Below are positions 6,975 to 16,419 of a stretch of DNA of 35,928 bases, one piece after another (positions within the stretch are counted from its first letter, which is position 1; every line of letters begins with the position of its first letter). The DNA is from a virus. The translations under genes were made by a program, and so were the position numbers. The notes under the pieces are model-generated. The model made no database searches. It was given only the letters and a program-made list of their open reading frames with translations, and was not told the DNA's origin. The DNA lies in IMG/VR virus record IMGVR_UViG_3300025842_000306. One strand, written 5' to 3'.

Positions 6975-9900
6975 TTAATATCCAAAAACTTCCACGTCCA
7001 CCATGCCAGCTTTGGCAGCCAGCACATCGTCGTAGACATCGATATCCACGCCGTTTATGGTTTTGTTTGAAATGGTGAAGCGGTCGCCTGCGAGCCCATT
7101 CAGTAGATTGACTTTTATGGTATTGACTGCAATGAGCGGCGGGTCAAAAGCCAGCGACAGGCCGCCAGATGGCACGATTTTGTTTGCGAAGCGCAATACT
7201 TTGTCCGGCACATCGATAGTCACAATGAAATGATCGAGTTTTATCTGATAGCCCGGTTGAGCAACAAAACTGGCGCGCAATTTGTAATGACGTAGCGTAC
7301 GCAGGCCTGCCGCGAAGGGCTGCCATCCAGTCCAGGTGATTCCATCGATCGAGGTGTTAATCTCGTATAAAGATGCCACCACGCCGACCGGCCCTTCAAG
7401 CGTCCAATTGTTAGAATAATTAATAAGCGGCAGCACCAACGAATCCAGCGATTGGCCAAGCGTTAAGATAAATATCTTCGGCAATATAAATAGATTGCAA
7501 TTAAGCACCCCCCCAATGTCATGCGGGTCGGTGATGTAGCTGCCCGACGAGATGATCCCGCCTTCGCTCATAAGGCTGCTCGGATAGGTATCGAGAGAAA
7601 GAGGTAGGTCGTCCAGCACATTGGAGTAACCCAGCGTCAGCGCCGCCCCATCAATCACCATATCAGTCAGCGTGCCGCCCCATCCATAGGTGGCGTCGTC
7701 GTCGGTCAGCACCACGTTGATGTTGCTGTTCGCGGCGATGATGCTTTGTGCGGCCGTGGTTGAGTAATTCGGCACAGGGGCGACGGTGTCGAATGCCTTA
7801 ATAAGGTATGTGCCGCCTTGTGGAGAGCGGATGGACAGCGCGGTGCGCGGGGTGTTGCCGACCGCTACGGCAGTGTCCCAGCTGCTCCCCAAGCGGATCT
7901 CGTAACCCGCCACGTCCAGCTCATCATTACCGTGCCAGCTGAAGTACAAATCGCTTCCGTTGCGCGTAGCCGTAAAACCTTTCACAGTCTGCGGCGGCGC
8001 TAGCTTGCCGGTGACTGTATGGTTGATGTATTGCCAAATAGATGACGGCGAGACGCCGAGGTTGGAATAGGGTTTGAGCGTTAAGGCGTAAGCCTGCCCG
8101 CTGACAACGCGCTCGCGCGTGAAGGTACCACTGGTCGATGAGCCTATTAATGTGCCGCCCTCGACTACATCAACCCGCTCCGTATTGATGGTGTCGAAAA
8201 TGATGTCCAGGTTCACCTCGATGTTGCCGCCCGCGGCCAGCACCATCTGCTCTTCGACGGCGAAGCGGGTGATGCGCGGCAGCGGCGCGGCCGCCGATAC
8301 ATCCTGCGTCTCCAGCGCGGGAAGGCCGCTATCCAGCCCGTACAAGCTGGCGTTGTATTCGATGAGCGAGAGTTTGGCGCGCTGATCGCCATCCCGCTGT
8401 ACATCCAGTACTAAAAATTCTTTTATTGCCTTGCCTGTCTCGCCGAGCGCCCACACGTCATAGATCGACGGCGCGGAGGGAAATGCCTCGGAAACATCCA
8501 CCGCCGAGACGGTGCCGGCAGTGGTGGTGATGGTGCGCGTGACCAACGTATCGTCAGCCAGGCGCAGCTTCAGCTCGTAGGCGATGCCTGATTCGAGTGA
8601 CACGCTCTGGTCGAGCTGCAAGCGGGTGGTAGTGCTGCCTGATGCGGCGCGGCCGCCGACCCCCCATCGGGTGATATCGTTCTGCACCCAAATCAAGTCG
8701 CCCGCTGTGCAGGCGAGTGCGTCAATATCCACACCAAGGATGGCAGTGCGCTTGAGCAGCTCGTTGCGCTTGAGTCGGTAAAACGCTTCGCGCCATGCTT
8801 GCGAGGCGCGAGTGATACCGCGCAGGCCGATCTGTATGCGCTGGGCAGCGGTTTCGCTAATGGCGGCGTTAACCACGGTCAGTGTGTCGCGCGCGTAATC
8901 CTGCGCGGCGTTCGTGTATCCAACTTCGATGCTGGCGGCGCGGTCCTGCATGGGCAAGAAAGTCTCATTGAAGCTGTTGACGTTTGTGTTCCCGACTGTA
9001 AAAAGCTGCGCGGGTGTCGCGCGCGCATCGTCCACTACAATAAATATTTTAGTGCCACGCATGACGAGCTGCGCGCGGGCGATGGCGCAGACTTCCAGCG
9101 CGGCTTCCCACAGGCTGGTGGCCGTGTCGAACACGCCGTCGAAATAACAGCGCGCCTCGGCGCCACCATGCCCGTCCGTGACTAAGGTGTCGCAGAAATC
9201 CGCCCAATTCATAAAACTGGACAGATCGAGCCGCGAGGGGTCGAGCCCATCGTAGCGCACCACCGCATGGCTGTTGTTCAGCACTGGTTGGGTCAGAATG
9301 TCCCAGCAGATCCACGCCGGGTTGCGGCTAAACTGGCTGACCCATGCTGAGCCGTTCCAGACGCGCACGATGGCGCAATCTGCCAAACAACTAAAATTCA
9401 TTGATCCTGATATCTGGTCTGTGGCTAGCGCATCCACCGCCGCTAAAACGGTGCGAGGATATTGGAAGTCGTCGTACATCACTTCGTTTATTTCGGCCAG
9501 ATACAGGTCGTCGCCGTAGCGCGTGTCGGTCTGGTCTGCGCTGAGGTTGGTGCAGCGCACTTTGTAGCGGGTGCCACGGTCGAGATTATCGATGCGCAGC
9601 GTGCGGCGGATGGGTTGCTGGCTTTTCCCCGTAATGGTGATGGAATCGTACACCTCGCTGGTCACTTCGACGTTCCCGGATAGCCAACGCCACCTATATA
9701 TCCCGGACACATCGCCGTCTATATGATCTGTTCGTATCACCGATCCGGCGCTAGCCTCTTGCCAGACAGAAATATTTTCACGGCTAACACGTTTGTATAT
9801 AAAGCGCCCTAGCGACCACCTGCCGGGATATGAGGTGATAACAGAGCGCGCCTCAATCTCTACGAATTGCCAACTGCTGCCACCGTCCGCAGAGATTTCG

Positions 9901-10817
9901 ACCGAGGTGTACACCGACACCGCATCCAGACCGCCCGCATCGTTGGCATACCAAAGCCCGCTCGGACAGACCAACACGATCTCCAGTGCGTTGTAATCGT
10001 CGCCCACGGTGTCGCGCGACACCGGACTGCCGGCGACCACCTTGGAGCCGATGTTTTGGTTCTGCCGGGTGTCGTTGAAGGCGGGGATGATGCTCTGATC
10101 CAGCTCGCCCATGCGGGCAGTGATGGTGACGCCCTGGTAATAGCCGACCGGCTGGTTATTGAGTTTGAAGTCGGACAGCGCGCTGTACGGGCCTTGACCA
10201 AGGTCGACCAACAGATGCGCGATTTGGCTGAAGCCGGTGTCGCCAGTGGATTCAATATATCCGGCAATGATATTTCCGAATAGTTTGTTGCGGCCGTAGG
10301 CGCGATGGATGGCCCCGCCCGGGGTTTGGGTGGTCGCTTGAGACCATGCGTAGGCCTGTGAGACATCGGACGACTGGCGGCCAGGGAGAGAGGGTTTGCT
10401 GGGGGCCAACAAAGCGCCGATAAGCGCAGATCCAAGTATCGAGTAGCCGGCGGTTAGCGCCAGCAGCCCAAAGCTACCTGCACCACCAAACGCACCGCCT
10501 GTCATGATGGTTGTGTATCCGGCTGCGTACGGCGCAAAGGCGATGACCGCAATCGTAAGGATCACACCCAGCGTCTCGCCATCATGCACCGCCGGCATCA
10601 CCACCATCTGCTCACCGGGTCGCAGCGCGCGCGATGCCCATGCGCCCGGCGCGATCATCTCGCCATCGATAGCGACTTGCAGCGCTGAGTGGCAAGGGAA
10701 ATGCGTGGAAATTAATTTTGAAACAGTGACATCGCCCAACAGAGATACCAGCCGTTCGTCGCGCTGGCGGCGGTCAAACGGGTTGCGCACGATGACTAAT
10801 GAGCTTTGTGGAGTCAT
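6975..10817 (-). CDS. Tail tip / host-specificity protein (lambda J-like) fused to an N-terminal lambda I-like module (1280 aa)
   Basis: The N-terminal ~200 aa show a ubiquitin-like start, a Gly/hydrophobic tract, LLAPSKP and AYGRNKLFGNIIAG, resembling lambda gpI. The rest is a long J-like beta-rich protein. ATGA overlap with the K-like gene. Confidence 0.8.
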   Translation of the reverse strand: MTPQSSLVIVRNPFDRRQRDERLVSLLGDVTVSKLISTHFPCHSALQVAIDGEMIAPGAWASRALRPGEQMVVMPAVHDGETLGVILTIAVIAFAPYAAGYTTIMTGGAFGGAGSFGLLALTAGYSILGSALIGALLAPSKPSLPGRQSSDVSQAYAWSQATTQTPGGAIHRAYGRNKLFGNIIAGYIESTGDTGFSQIAHLLVDLGQGPYSALSDFKLNNQPVGYYQGVTITARMGELDQSIIPAFNDTRQNQNIGSKVVAGSPVSRDTVGDDYNALEIVLVCPSGLWYANDAGGLDAVSVYTSVEISADGGSSWQFVEIEARSVITSYPGRWSLGRFIYKRVSRENISVWQEASAGSVIRTDHIDGDVSGIYRWRWLSGNVEVTSEVYDSITITGKSQQPIRRTLRIDNLDRGTRYKVRCTNLSADQTDTRYGDDLYLAEINEVMYDDFQYPRTVLAAVDALATDQISGSMNFSCLADCAIVRVWNGSAWVSQFSRNPAWICWDILTQPVLNNSHAVVRYDGLDPSRLDLSSFMNWADFCDTLVTDGHGGAEARCYFDGVFDTATSLWEAALEVCAIARAQLVMRGTKIFIVVDDARATPAQLFTVGNTNVNSFNETFLPMQDRAASIEVGYTNAAQDYARDTLTVVNAAISETAAQRIQIGLRGITRASQAWREAFYRLKRNELLKRTAILGVDIDALACTAGDLIWVQNDITRWGVGGRAASGSTTTRLQLDQSVSLESGIAYELKLRLADDTLVTRTITTTAGTVSAVDVSEAFPSAPSIYDVWALGETGKAIKEFLVLDVQRDGDQRAKLSLIEYNASLYGLDSGLPALETQDVSAAAPLPRITRFAVEEQMVLAAGGNIEVNLDIIFDTINTERVDVVEGGTLIGSSTSGTFTRERVVSGQAYALTLKPYSNLGVSPSSIWQYINHTVTGKLAPPQTVKGFTATRNGSDLYFSWHGNDELDVAGYEIRLGSSWDTAVAVGNTPRTALSIRSPQGGTYLIKAFDTVAPVPNYSTTAAQSIIAANSNINVVLTDDDATYGWGGTLTDMVIDGAALTLGYSNVLDDLPLSLDTYPSSLMSEGGIISSGSYITDPHDIGGVLNCNLFILPKIFILTLGQSLDSLVLPLINYSNNWTLEGPVGVVASLYEINTSIDGITWTGWQPFAAGLRTLRHYKLRASFVAQPGYQIKLDHFIVTIDVPDKVLRFANKIVPSGGLSLAFDPPLIAVNTIKVNLLNGLAGDRFTISNKTINGVDIDVYDDVLAAKAGMVDVEVFGY

Positions 10818-11203
10818 GTGCGCCGCCCCGTGTAGCGATAAAACCCAGCGATACGCTCCGCCCATTCAGGTGCATCCAGCCGCTGGACGGTAACGCCACG
10901 CCGCGAGCTCGTGTGAACGAAACGCCCACCTTCCAGCACCATGCCGATGTGCGACATCCATGGGCCGATGCGCAACACGACCGCGCAGCCGACCTCTGGT
11001 GTGGCAAGCGGCTGCCATTCTGCGGCAGCAGCGGCGTGGATGTCTGCCTCGCGCTGGGCCAGGTCGTCCGGTGTGGGATGGTTGGGGATGGGTGTGCCGC
11101 GCCGGCGACATAACTCGGCGAACAAACCGAAGCAATCGTACGCCTCAGGGCCGCGCGCACCGGCTTGATATCTAGCAGCCATCAGGTCGTTGAGTTTTAT
11201 CAT
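10814..11203 (-). CDS. Tail assembly NlpC/P60 peptidase (lambda K-like)
   Basis: AYDCFGLF (Cys) ... MSHIGMV (His) ... FVHTS. ATGA overlaps at both ends. Confidence 0.75.
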   Translation of the reverse strand: MIKLNDLMAARYQAGARGPEAYDCFGLFAELCRRRGTPIPNHPTPDDLAQREADIHAAAAAEWQPLATPEVGCAVVLRIGPWMSHIGMVLEGGRFVHTSSRRGVTVQRLDAPEWAERIAGFYRYTGRRT

Positions 11204-11808
11204 ATAAACCTGGGCGCCCCGGTGATGCCGGGGCGTCCGCCAAAACGGGCGGTGTTGTCCAGCACACGGCAGGCAAACAGGGTTCTGGCGCAAGTGGTCG
11301 CGCTGCCAGCGTAAGCACATTCCGCGCTTCTAAAACCCCAGTTGCAGGAATAAGGTATGGCGGCCTGCAGCGGAAAGCGGCGGCGCAAAGGGTTCTCGGC
11401 ACCGAGCGCGAAGGTGATCCATTCAGCCGTCGAATCAGCCGCCAGCACGGTGTAGTTCAGCGTCAACTCGGTGTAGTCCGATGCGAGATTGTCCGCATGT
11501 ACAACCGCCAACACAACCGCGCACCCAACCAACCCATCGTGCGCTTCCATGTACGGTTGCAGTGCGCGCTCTGGGTTGGCGACCTTAAGACTTACCCCCT
11601 GGATGCGACCGTCACCACCGTTGCGGATCTCGCCGATGTCAAATTCGAACGCGTAATACACATCTCCGGAGAAGGTGACATTTTCGTTGTTGCGCACCAG
11701 GCGGATCACCGAGGCATCAGGCAGCGTGACGGTGAGCAGCAGTAGCCAAGGTGCGGTGCTGATTAGCTTGTTCTTCTCGGTGCGCAGGGCGAGCGGGAGG
11801 TTGAGCAT
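11200..11808 (-). CDS. Minor tail protein L-like (distal tail hub, 4-Cys cluster)
   Basis: Sits between the M-like and K-like genes. The C-terminal YSCNWGFRSAECAYAGSATTCARTLFAC resembles the gpL Fe-S cysteine cluster. Confidence 0.7.
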   Translation of the reverse strand: MLNLPLALRTEKNKLISTAPWLLLLTVTLPDASVIRLVRNNENVTFSGDVYYAFEFDIGEIRNGGDGRIQGVSLKVANPERALQPYMEAHDGLVGCAVVLAVVHADNLASDYTELTLNYTVLAADSTAEWITFALGAENPLRRRFPLQAAIPYSCNWGFRSAECAYAGSATTCARTLFACRVLDNTARFGGRPGITGAPRFI

Positions 11809-12161
11809 CAGACCTCCTGCAGTGTGAAGGATGCACCGGTCAGCGAGCGGTGCTGGTCGGTGGAGAAGTCGATCTGGCCCGCCAGCCGCACGGTGTAGCT
11901 GGTGCCGGAGATGGGATGCGTCCAGCTGAACGAGTCGGCGCCATTGCGCAAGGTGGTGATCTCGAAGGCGCGCAGGGCGGCGGTGTCGGTGGCATCCAAC
12001 ACGGGATAGCGCACGCCCCAGCTACGGCGCGCGCGCGTGGTGCGCGGACGGGTTTGCAGATAGCCCGCCTCGGCAGACGAACGCAGGACCACGTCCTCGA
12101 TCTTGCCGTCTGGCGAGAGCGGCAGCGAGGGTGCTTTGCTGAGCGTGACGAAGGCGGTCAT
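11808..12161 (-). CDS. Minor tail protein M-like (distal tail protein)
   Basis: 117 aa, immediately after the tape measure gene, with coupled overlaps. Confidence 0.6.
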   Translation of the reverse strand: MTAFVTLSKAPSLPLSPDGKIEDVVLRSSAEAGYLQTRPRTTRARRSWGVRYPVLDATDTAALRAFEITTLRNGADSFSWTHPISGTSYTVRLAGQIDFSTDQHRSLTGASFTLQEV

Positions 12162-14143
12162 ACGCCGATCCCCATCGCGCTGCGGAACTGCGGATCACTG
12201 TCTGCCGCGTCCAACACGATGCCGAGCACCCAGTTGCGGCCGTCGAACTTGGGCTGGCCTTGTTGCTTGGCGTTTAGGTTGGTGCCGGATTGGTTGTTCA
12301 TCTGGATCACAACATTGGGTGCGGCATTCGAGCCGCTCTGCGCCTGCACGCCCAGCTTGCCGTTGATGCGCGTGAGCGGCAGGATCGCCTCGGGGCCCGC
12401 CTCACCCATCAACCCGATGCCGCGCGCGAACGGAAACACGGTCGGGCTGGATACCACGCTGCCGGAATAGGCGCTGATGCCTGCGCCGGCATATACACCG
12501 CCGTTGGCATTGGGGGTTGGGCTGAATAAATTGTTCAGGAAATTAGTGCCGCCGCCGATCAATTGGTCGGTGATGTTCTTCTGTATCTGGATGCGCAGTA
12601 GGTCGGAGATGATGCTGTCGGCCAGATCGCCGAAGCTGCCCTTCCCTGTCAGCACCATATCAGCCAGCGTGTTGGTGAATGAACTCCCCCAGCCGCGCAC
12701 CGCCGCTTCCAGCGTGTCGAAGGTGGAGGTGCCTTCTTTTTCCACATCCTTGAACGTCTTGGCATATGCCTGACCGATCTGTTCGTCGGTGAGCAGCCCC
12801 TGCTCTTTGAGCGCGACCAGCTTCTCCCATTCGGCCGAGGCGCGGGCGATGGGGTCGATGTCGAAGATGATCTTCTGCGCTTCGGCGGATGCCTTGGCGT
12901 AGTCTTTCTCGGCTTGGATCTGCGCGTTGATCGCGCCGACAGAATCGGCCGCGGCTTGCGCCTGAGTGATCTGTGCTTCCGATGCGCCCTTGATCGCCAG
13001 CTCGTAGACTTTGGCCTGCTCTGCCGTGACGCCCAGCAGCTCAAGCTGCTTGCGGAATTCTTCGTTCTGGATGGCGGTGACGGCGGCGGCGTTGGTGTCG
13101 GCTTTGCTTGCGCCGCCGCCTAGCGCATCGAGCAGCTTCTTCCCTTTTTCGGCGGCGCCGGTCTTTTCGGCCGTTTCCTTTGCGATGGGTTTTTTCGCTG
13201 CCTCTTCCGCTTGCTTGCGGATGTCTTCCAGCTCTTGCTCCAGCTGGCCGCGCTCAAGGCGCAGTGGGATGGAGATCGGCGTGGCGATGCCGCGCGCGCC
13301 TTCTGATGATTGGATCTCTGTGTTGATGGACTTGAGCCGCTTCTCTATCTGGGCAGAGCGCTCCAGCATGTCGTCCGTGAAGATGGCCGTGCCCAAGCCC
13401 CCCAAGCCGACCCACACCGCCTCCAGAATCCCTGCTTCACGTGCCGCCTGTGCCATCGCGTCGCTGATCTGCGTGAGCTGCGGCAGCAGCTCGGTGGTCA
13501 TGGCCATGCCCGCCCCTGCGGCGGCGGCGCTCAGCTTGGCGGCGTTGTCGTTGAATTGCGCGGCGAGCGCGGCCTGCTCGGTGGTGACCTGGTTATATTC
13601 CCGCCCGACGGTAATGTTCTCGCGCATGGCGTTTGTTCCTTGATTGAGGAACAACACCATCTCGCCGCCGAGCTTGTCGCCGAACAGTTTGGTGGCCAGT
13701 GCGGATTTTTCGATGCCGTCTGGCATGGATGCGAACACATCGGCGAGTTGGATCATCGCCTCGGTTGAATCTGTTGCCGAGATGCCGAGCTTTTTGAACA
13801 GCGCTGGCTTATCAGACAGCATGGCAGACAGTTTCGCGCCGCCGCGCGCGACAGTCTCCAGCGATGCACCGTTCTGCTTGGCGGCATAGTCGAGACCAGC
13901 CAGCGCCTCGACCGATGTGCCGGTGATCTGGCTCAGCTCATCGAGCCGATCGGCTGCGTCGATGCTTTGCTTGATGATGCCAGCGAAAGCGGTGACGGTG
14001 AGTGCGCCGCCCAGCGTGCTGACGACCCCGGAGAGGTCGAACATCTTCCGCGACACTGCGCCGACGGAGTTGCCGAGCTTGCCCATTGCGGCTTCTGCCT
14101 GGGCGGTTGCCGCGGTGATGACGATCTTGGTTTCGTTAGCCAC
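12158..14143 (-). CDS. Tail tape measure protein (661 aa)
   Basis: Long Ala/Gln/Glu-rich helical protein downstream of the G/GT chaperones. The N-terminus is typical of TMPs. Confidence 0.85.
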   Translation of the reverse strand: MANETKIVITAATAQAEAAMGKLGNSVGAVSRKMFDLSGVVSTLGGALTVTAFAGIIKQSIDAADRLDELSQITGTSVEALAGLDYAAKQNGASLETVARGGAKLSAMLSDKPALFKKLGISATDSTEAMIQLADVFASMPDGIEKSALATKLFGDKLGGEMVLFLNQGTNAMRENITVGREYNQVTTEQAALAAQFNDNAAKLSAAAAGAGMAMTTELLPQLTQISDAMAQAAREAGILEAVWVGLGGLGTAIFTDDMLERSAQIEKRLKSINTEIQSSEGARGIATPISIPLRLERGQLEQELEDIRKQAEEAAKKPIAKETAEKTGAAEKGKKLLDALGGGASKADTNAAAVTAIQNEEFRKQLELLGVTAEQAKVYELAIKGASEAQITQAQAAADSVGAINAQIQAEKDYAKASAEAQKIIFDIDPIARASAEWEKLVALKEQGLLTDEQIGQAYAKTFKDVEKEGTSTFDTLEAAVRGWGSSFTNTLADMVLTGKGSFGDLADSIISDLLRIQIQKNITDQLIGGGTNFLNNLFSPTPNANGGVYAGAGISAYSGSVVSSPTVFPFARGIGLMGEAGPEAILPLTRINGKLGVQAQSGSNAAPNVVIQMNNQSGTNLNAKQQGQPKFDGRNWVLGIVLDAADSDPQFRSAMGIGV

Positions 14144-14782
14144 GGAGTACCTGCAAGGCTTCGTTTTCCATGATGCGCAGCGATTCCAACATCGCGGCGC
14201 GCTTCTTTTTCTTTACCCCGAAGGCTTCAAATACCAGCGGGATAGCCTCATACCGCAGACCGATGACGCCATTTATGCCGACGTTCCACTGGGTGTCGAG
14301 CGCTGCGAACACTTGCAGCGGCAGCCAGTTCTCTGGCCAGCATTCGACATCCGTCGGCGCATTCAGGCCCATCCTTGCCTCGATCTCATCGAGGACGCTT
14401 GGCGCTTGGTCCTGATCAGCGCCGCTCGCGTATAGCGCGCGGGCGACGCACCTCAGTTTTTTACCCGGCTCTCCGTCAGCCCGAGCTGCCAGGCACGCAC
14501 GATCTCGCGGGCAGCGGGCTGGTAGTTCTTCACCAGTGCCGCAAGGCTCTCTGGCGTGAATGGCAGCTCGGCACCGTCCTCGCCCATCACGCCGCACCAA
14601 CCGCACACAATGTCGGCCAGCGCTTCTGCACTAGGCTTCTCCTTGCTCGCCGCGAACCAATCGGCAGCTTGCTTGGCCGTCATGTGGCGGAAGGTCATCG
14701 GCACCTCTGCAGGCTCGCACTGGCCCGGCACGGTCATGCGCACCACGGTCTCGAATGTCGGGTCTGGAACGAGGCGGATCAT
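14136..14782 (-). CDS. Tail assembly chaperone GT-like, -1 frameshift fusion product
   Basis: After a -1 slip at 14456-14462, the reading continues as KKLRCVARALYASGADQDQAPS..., the frame of the tracked ORF 14136..14606. Confidence 0.7.
14453..14782 (-). CDS. Tail assembly chaperone (lambda G-like)
   Basis: 109 aa between the tube and tape measure genes. It ends with the slippery A_AAA_AAC followed by TGA. Confidence 0.8.
   Translation of the reverse strand: MIRLVPDPTFETVVRMTVPGQCEPAEVPMTFRHMTAKQAADWFAASKEKPSAEALADIVCGWCGVMGEDGAELPFTPESLAALVKNYQPAAREIVRAWQLGLTESRVKN
14456..14462 (-). other. Programmed -1 ribosomal frameshift heptamer A_AAA_AAC
   Basis: The minus strand reads cgg gtA AAA AAC tga. 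This is the canonical X_XXY_YYZ motif at the G/T overlap. Confidence 0.7.
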
Positions 14783-14785
14783 GGG

Positions 14786-15430
14786 TTAGCTCGCCAGATA
14801 GCTCGGTGTGCCATTCATGGTGATGACGGTGGACGTCGTCACCAGACCTTGTGCAGAGCCGCCGGGCAGCAGGTTCGCGCCGACATAGCCAGCGAACACC
14901 ATGATCTGGCCGCCCGTGCCGAAGGTGAACTTGAACGCGCGCTTGGCTTGTGCATCAGAGGCTGTCTTCATCGCCAATAAACCCGCATCGGCTACGTCCC
15001 AGATGTTTTCGAAGCTGAAAGTCGCGGCGGCAGGCAAGCCCGGAATTTGCGTCTTCGCGTTGCTGTGGATGGTGGTCGTGTCGATGAAGTCGAAGCCGCC
15101 GCCAGATGCACTGACGCTAGTTGCGCTGGTGATGCTGGTACCGAAGGTGAGCGCCTCAGATGTGCCGCTGCTGAATGTGTCGAACAGCGTGGTGTCGATG
15201 CCTTCCAGCTCGAAGGTGTCGACTGTTTTGTTGGCGATACGCGCAACACGGTCATTCAGTTGATGCATACCCTGTATGGACAGGAGTACATAGTCGCCAT
15301 TATTCATTCCGTGCGCGACAGAGGTGGCAACGCCCGGGTTGGCTTTGGTGATGCTTGTGATGATGTCGGCTGCGGCCAGTGCAGATTGCATGGCGATGGC
15401 GACGTTGCTCCATTTGCGTACTGTGCTCAT
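14786..15430 (-). CDS. Major tail (tube) protein
   Basis: 214 aa directly upstream of the G/GT chaperones. Ser/Thr/Gly-rich beta protein. Confidence 0.75.
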   Translation of the reverse strand: MSTVRKWSNVAIAMQSALAAADIITSITKANPGVATSVAHGMNNGDYVLLSIQGMHQLNDRVARIANKTVDTFELEGIDTTLFDTFSSGTSEALTFGTSITSATSVSASGGGFDFIDTTTIHSNAKTQIPGLPAAATFSFENIWDVADAGLLAMKTASDAQAKRAFKFTFGTGGQIMVFAGYVGANLLPGGSAQGLVTTSTVITMNGTPSYLAS

Positions 15431-15442
15431 GTTGTTACTCCT

Positions 15443-15886
15443 TTAGGTTAAAACGTCCGGCGCATTGCTCATTGCCGTGTAGGTGATGAAGAACCGCAAC
15501 CGCTTAACGCCCACCGGCTTGTCAGCCAGCGCATCGTCGAACTGCATGCCTGCGTACACACAGGGCAACACCTTGCCACTGAGCGTGATACCGCCGGACA
15601 GCGCGGCCTCGACTTCTTTACTGCTGGCGTCTAGCGTGTCGTCCAAGGTGGTGATCGCCTTGGCGCAACACTCAACGATCATCGCAACGCGGCGGTCCTG
15701 CATATAGGGCGAGTGCATGGTCAGCGCATCGACCTCTTCCTCATCCAAGAACACCCGCAATCCAGGCAAGTTCGCATCGGCCATCGGCTGCAGACGGTTC
15801 GCGTAGACGCGCGTGCTGGTCGTCGTCAGCCCGGTAAGCAGGGTTTCCACTGCTTCACGGATCTGCCGGTGCAGGTGGTTGGCCAT
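15443..15886 (-). CDS. Head-tail connector / tail terminator-like protein
   Basis: 147 aa between the head-tail joining gene and the tube gene. The N-terminal IREAVETLLTGL...RVYANR pattern is typical of neck proteins. Confidence 0.55.
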   Translation of the reverse strand: MANHLHRQIREAVETLLTGLTTTSTRVYANRLQPMADANLPGLRVFLDEEEVDALTMHSPYMQDRRVAMIVECCAKAITTLDDTLDASSKEVEAALSGGITLSGKVLPCVYAGMQFDDALADKPVGVKRLRFFITYTAMSNAPDVLT

Positions 15887-15889
15887 TGC

Positions 15890-16159
15890 TTATGTCTCCT
15901 GCAGCAACAACCGCGTCATGCCGGTTCCGTCCGGCTGGATGCTGCCGACGGTGTAGCTCACCGAATTCACCACCACTGCTGTGCCTTGTGCTGCCGTGGA
16001 AACGTCTGCACTCGAACACAACAGCAAAGGCTGCGAACCAGCCATACCTAACGGATCTGTGTAGGCATCGTCAAAGATGCCGCGCACTGCGCTTCCATCC
16101 AGCGTCGCATCAACGCCAAAATCGTAGAACATCACCAAGGCGTCGGCGGAGGGATTCAC
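15890..16159 (-). CDS. Head-tail joining protein (FII / Phage_H_T_join-like)
   Basis: 89 aa. GTG start in a GTGA overlap. The ...SVSYTVGSIQPDGTGMTRLLL ending is typical of this family. Confidence 0.55.
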   Translation of the reverse strand: MNPSADALVMFYDFGVDATLDGSAVRGIFDDAYTDPLGMAGSQPLLLCSSADVSTAAQGTAVVVNSVSYTVGSIQPDGTGMTRLLLQET

Positions 16160-16338
16160 TTAACCTTCCCGCTTTTTTTTTCCGCAGGTTTTTCTTCCTG
16201 CGCTACCTCAACTGCTCGGCTCATACGCACCAGCTTGTCAGCTTCTTCCTGTGCGATGTCTTTGCCGACGACCAGCACATTGCCTGCATCTTGGTGTTCC
16301 CCCGCAGCCAAACATGGATTCGTGATCTTGATATTCAT
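16156..16338 (-). CDS. Small hypothetical head-module protein (60 aa)
   Basis: GAGGGA RBS 6 nt upstream of the ATG. Lys/Glu-rich tail. Confidence 0.5.
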   Translation of the reverse strand: MNIKITNPCLAAGEHQDAGNVLVVGKDIAQEEADKLVRMSRAVEVAQEEKPAEKKSGKVK

Positions 16339-16381
16339 GGTGATTCCCTCTGCTCAATACCCTCGGTGAAGGCACTTAGTA

Positions 16382-16404
16382 GAGGGAGGGCTCGCGCCCT
16401 CCTC
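16382..16404 (-). other. GC-rich stem-loop just after the capsid gene stop (attenuator or mRNA-stabilising hairpin)
   Basis: gagggagggc-tcgc-gccctcctc forms a stem of about 9 bp with one bulge. There is no U-tract, so it is not a canonical intrinsic terminator. Confidence 0.35.
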
Positions 16405-16419
16405 CTTTCGGCCTTAGGC

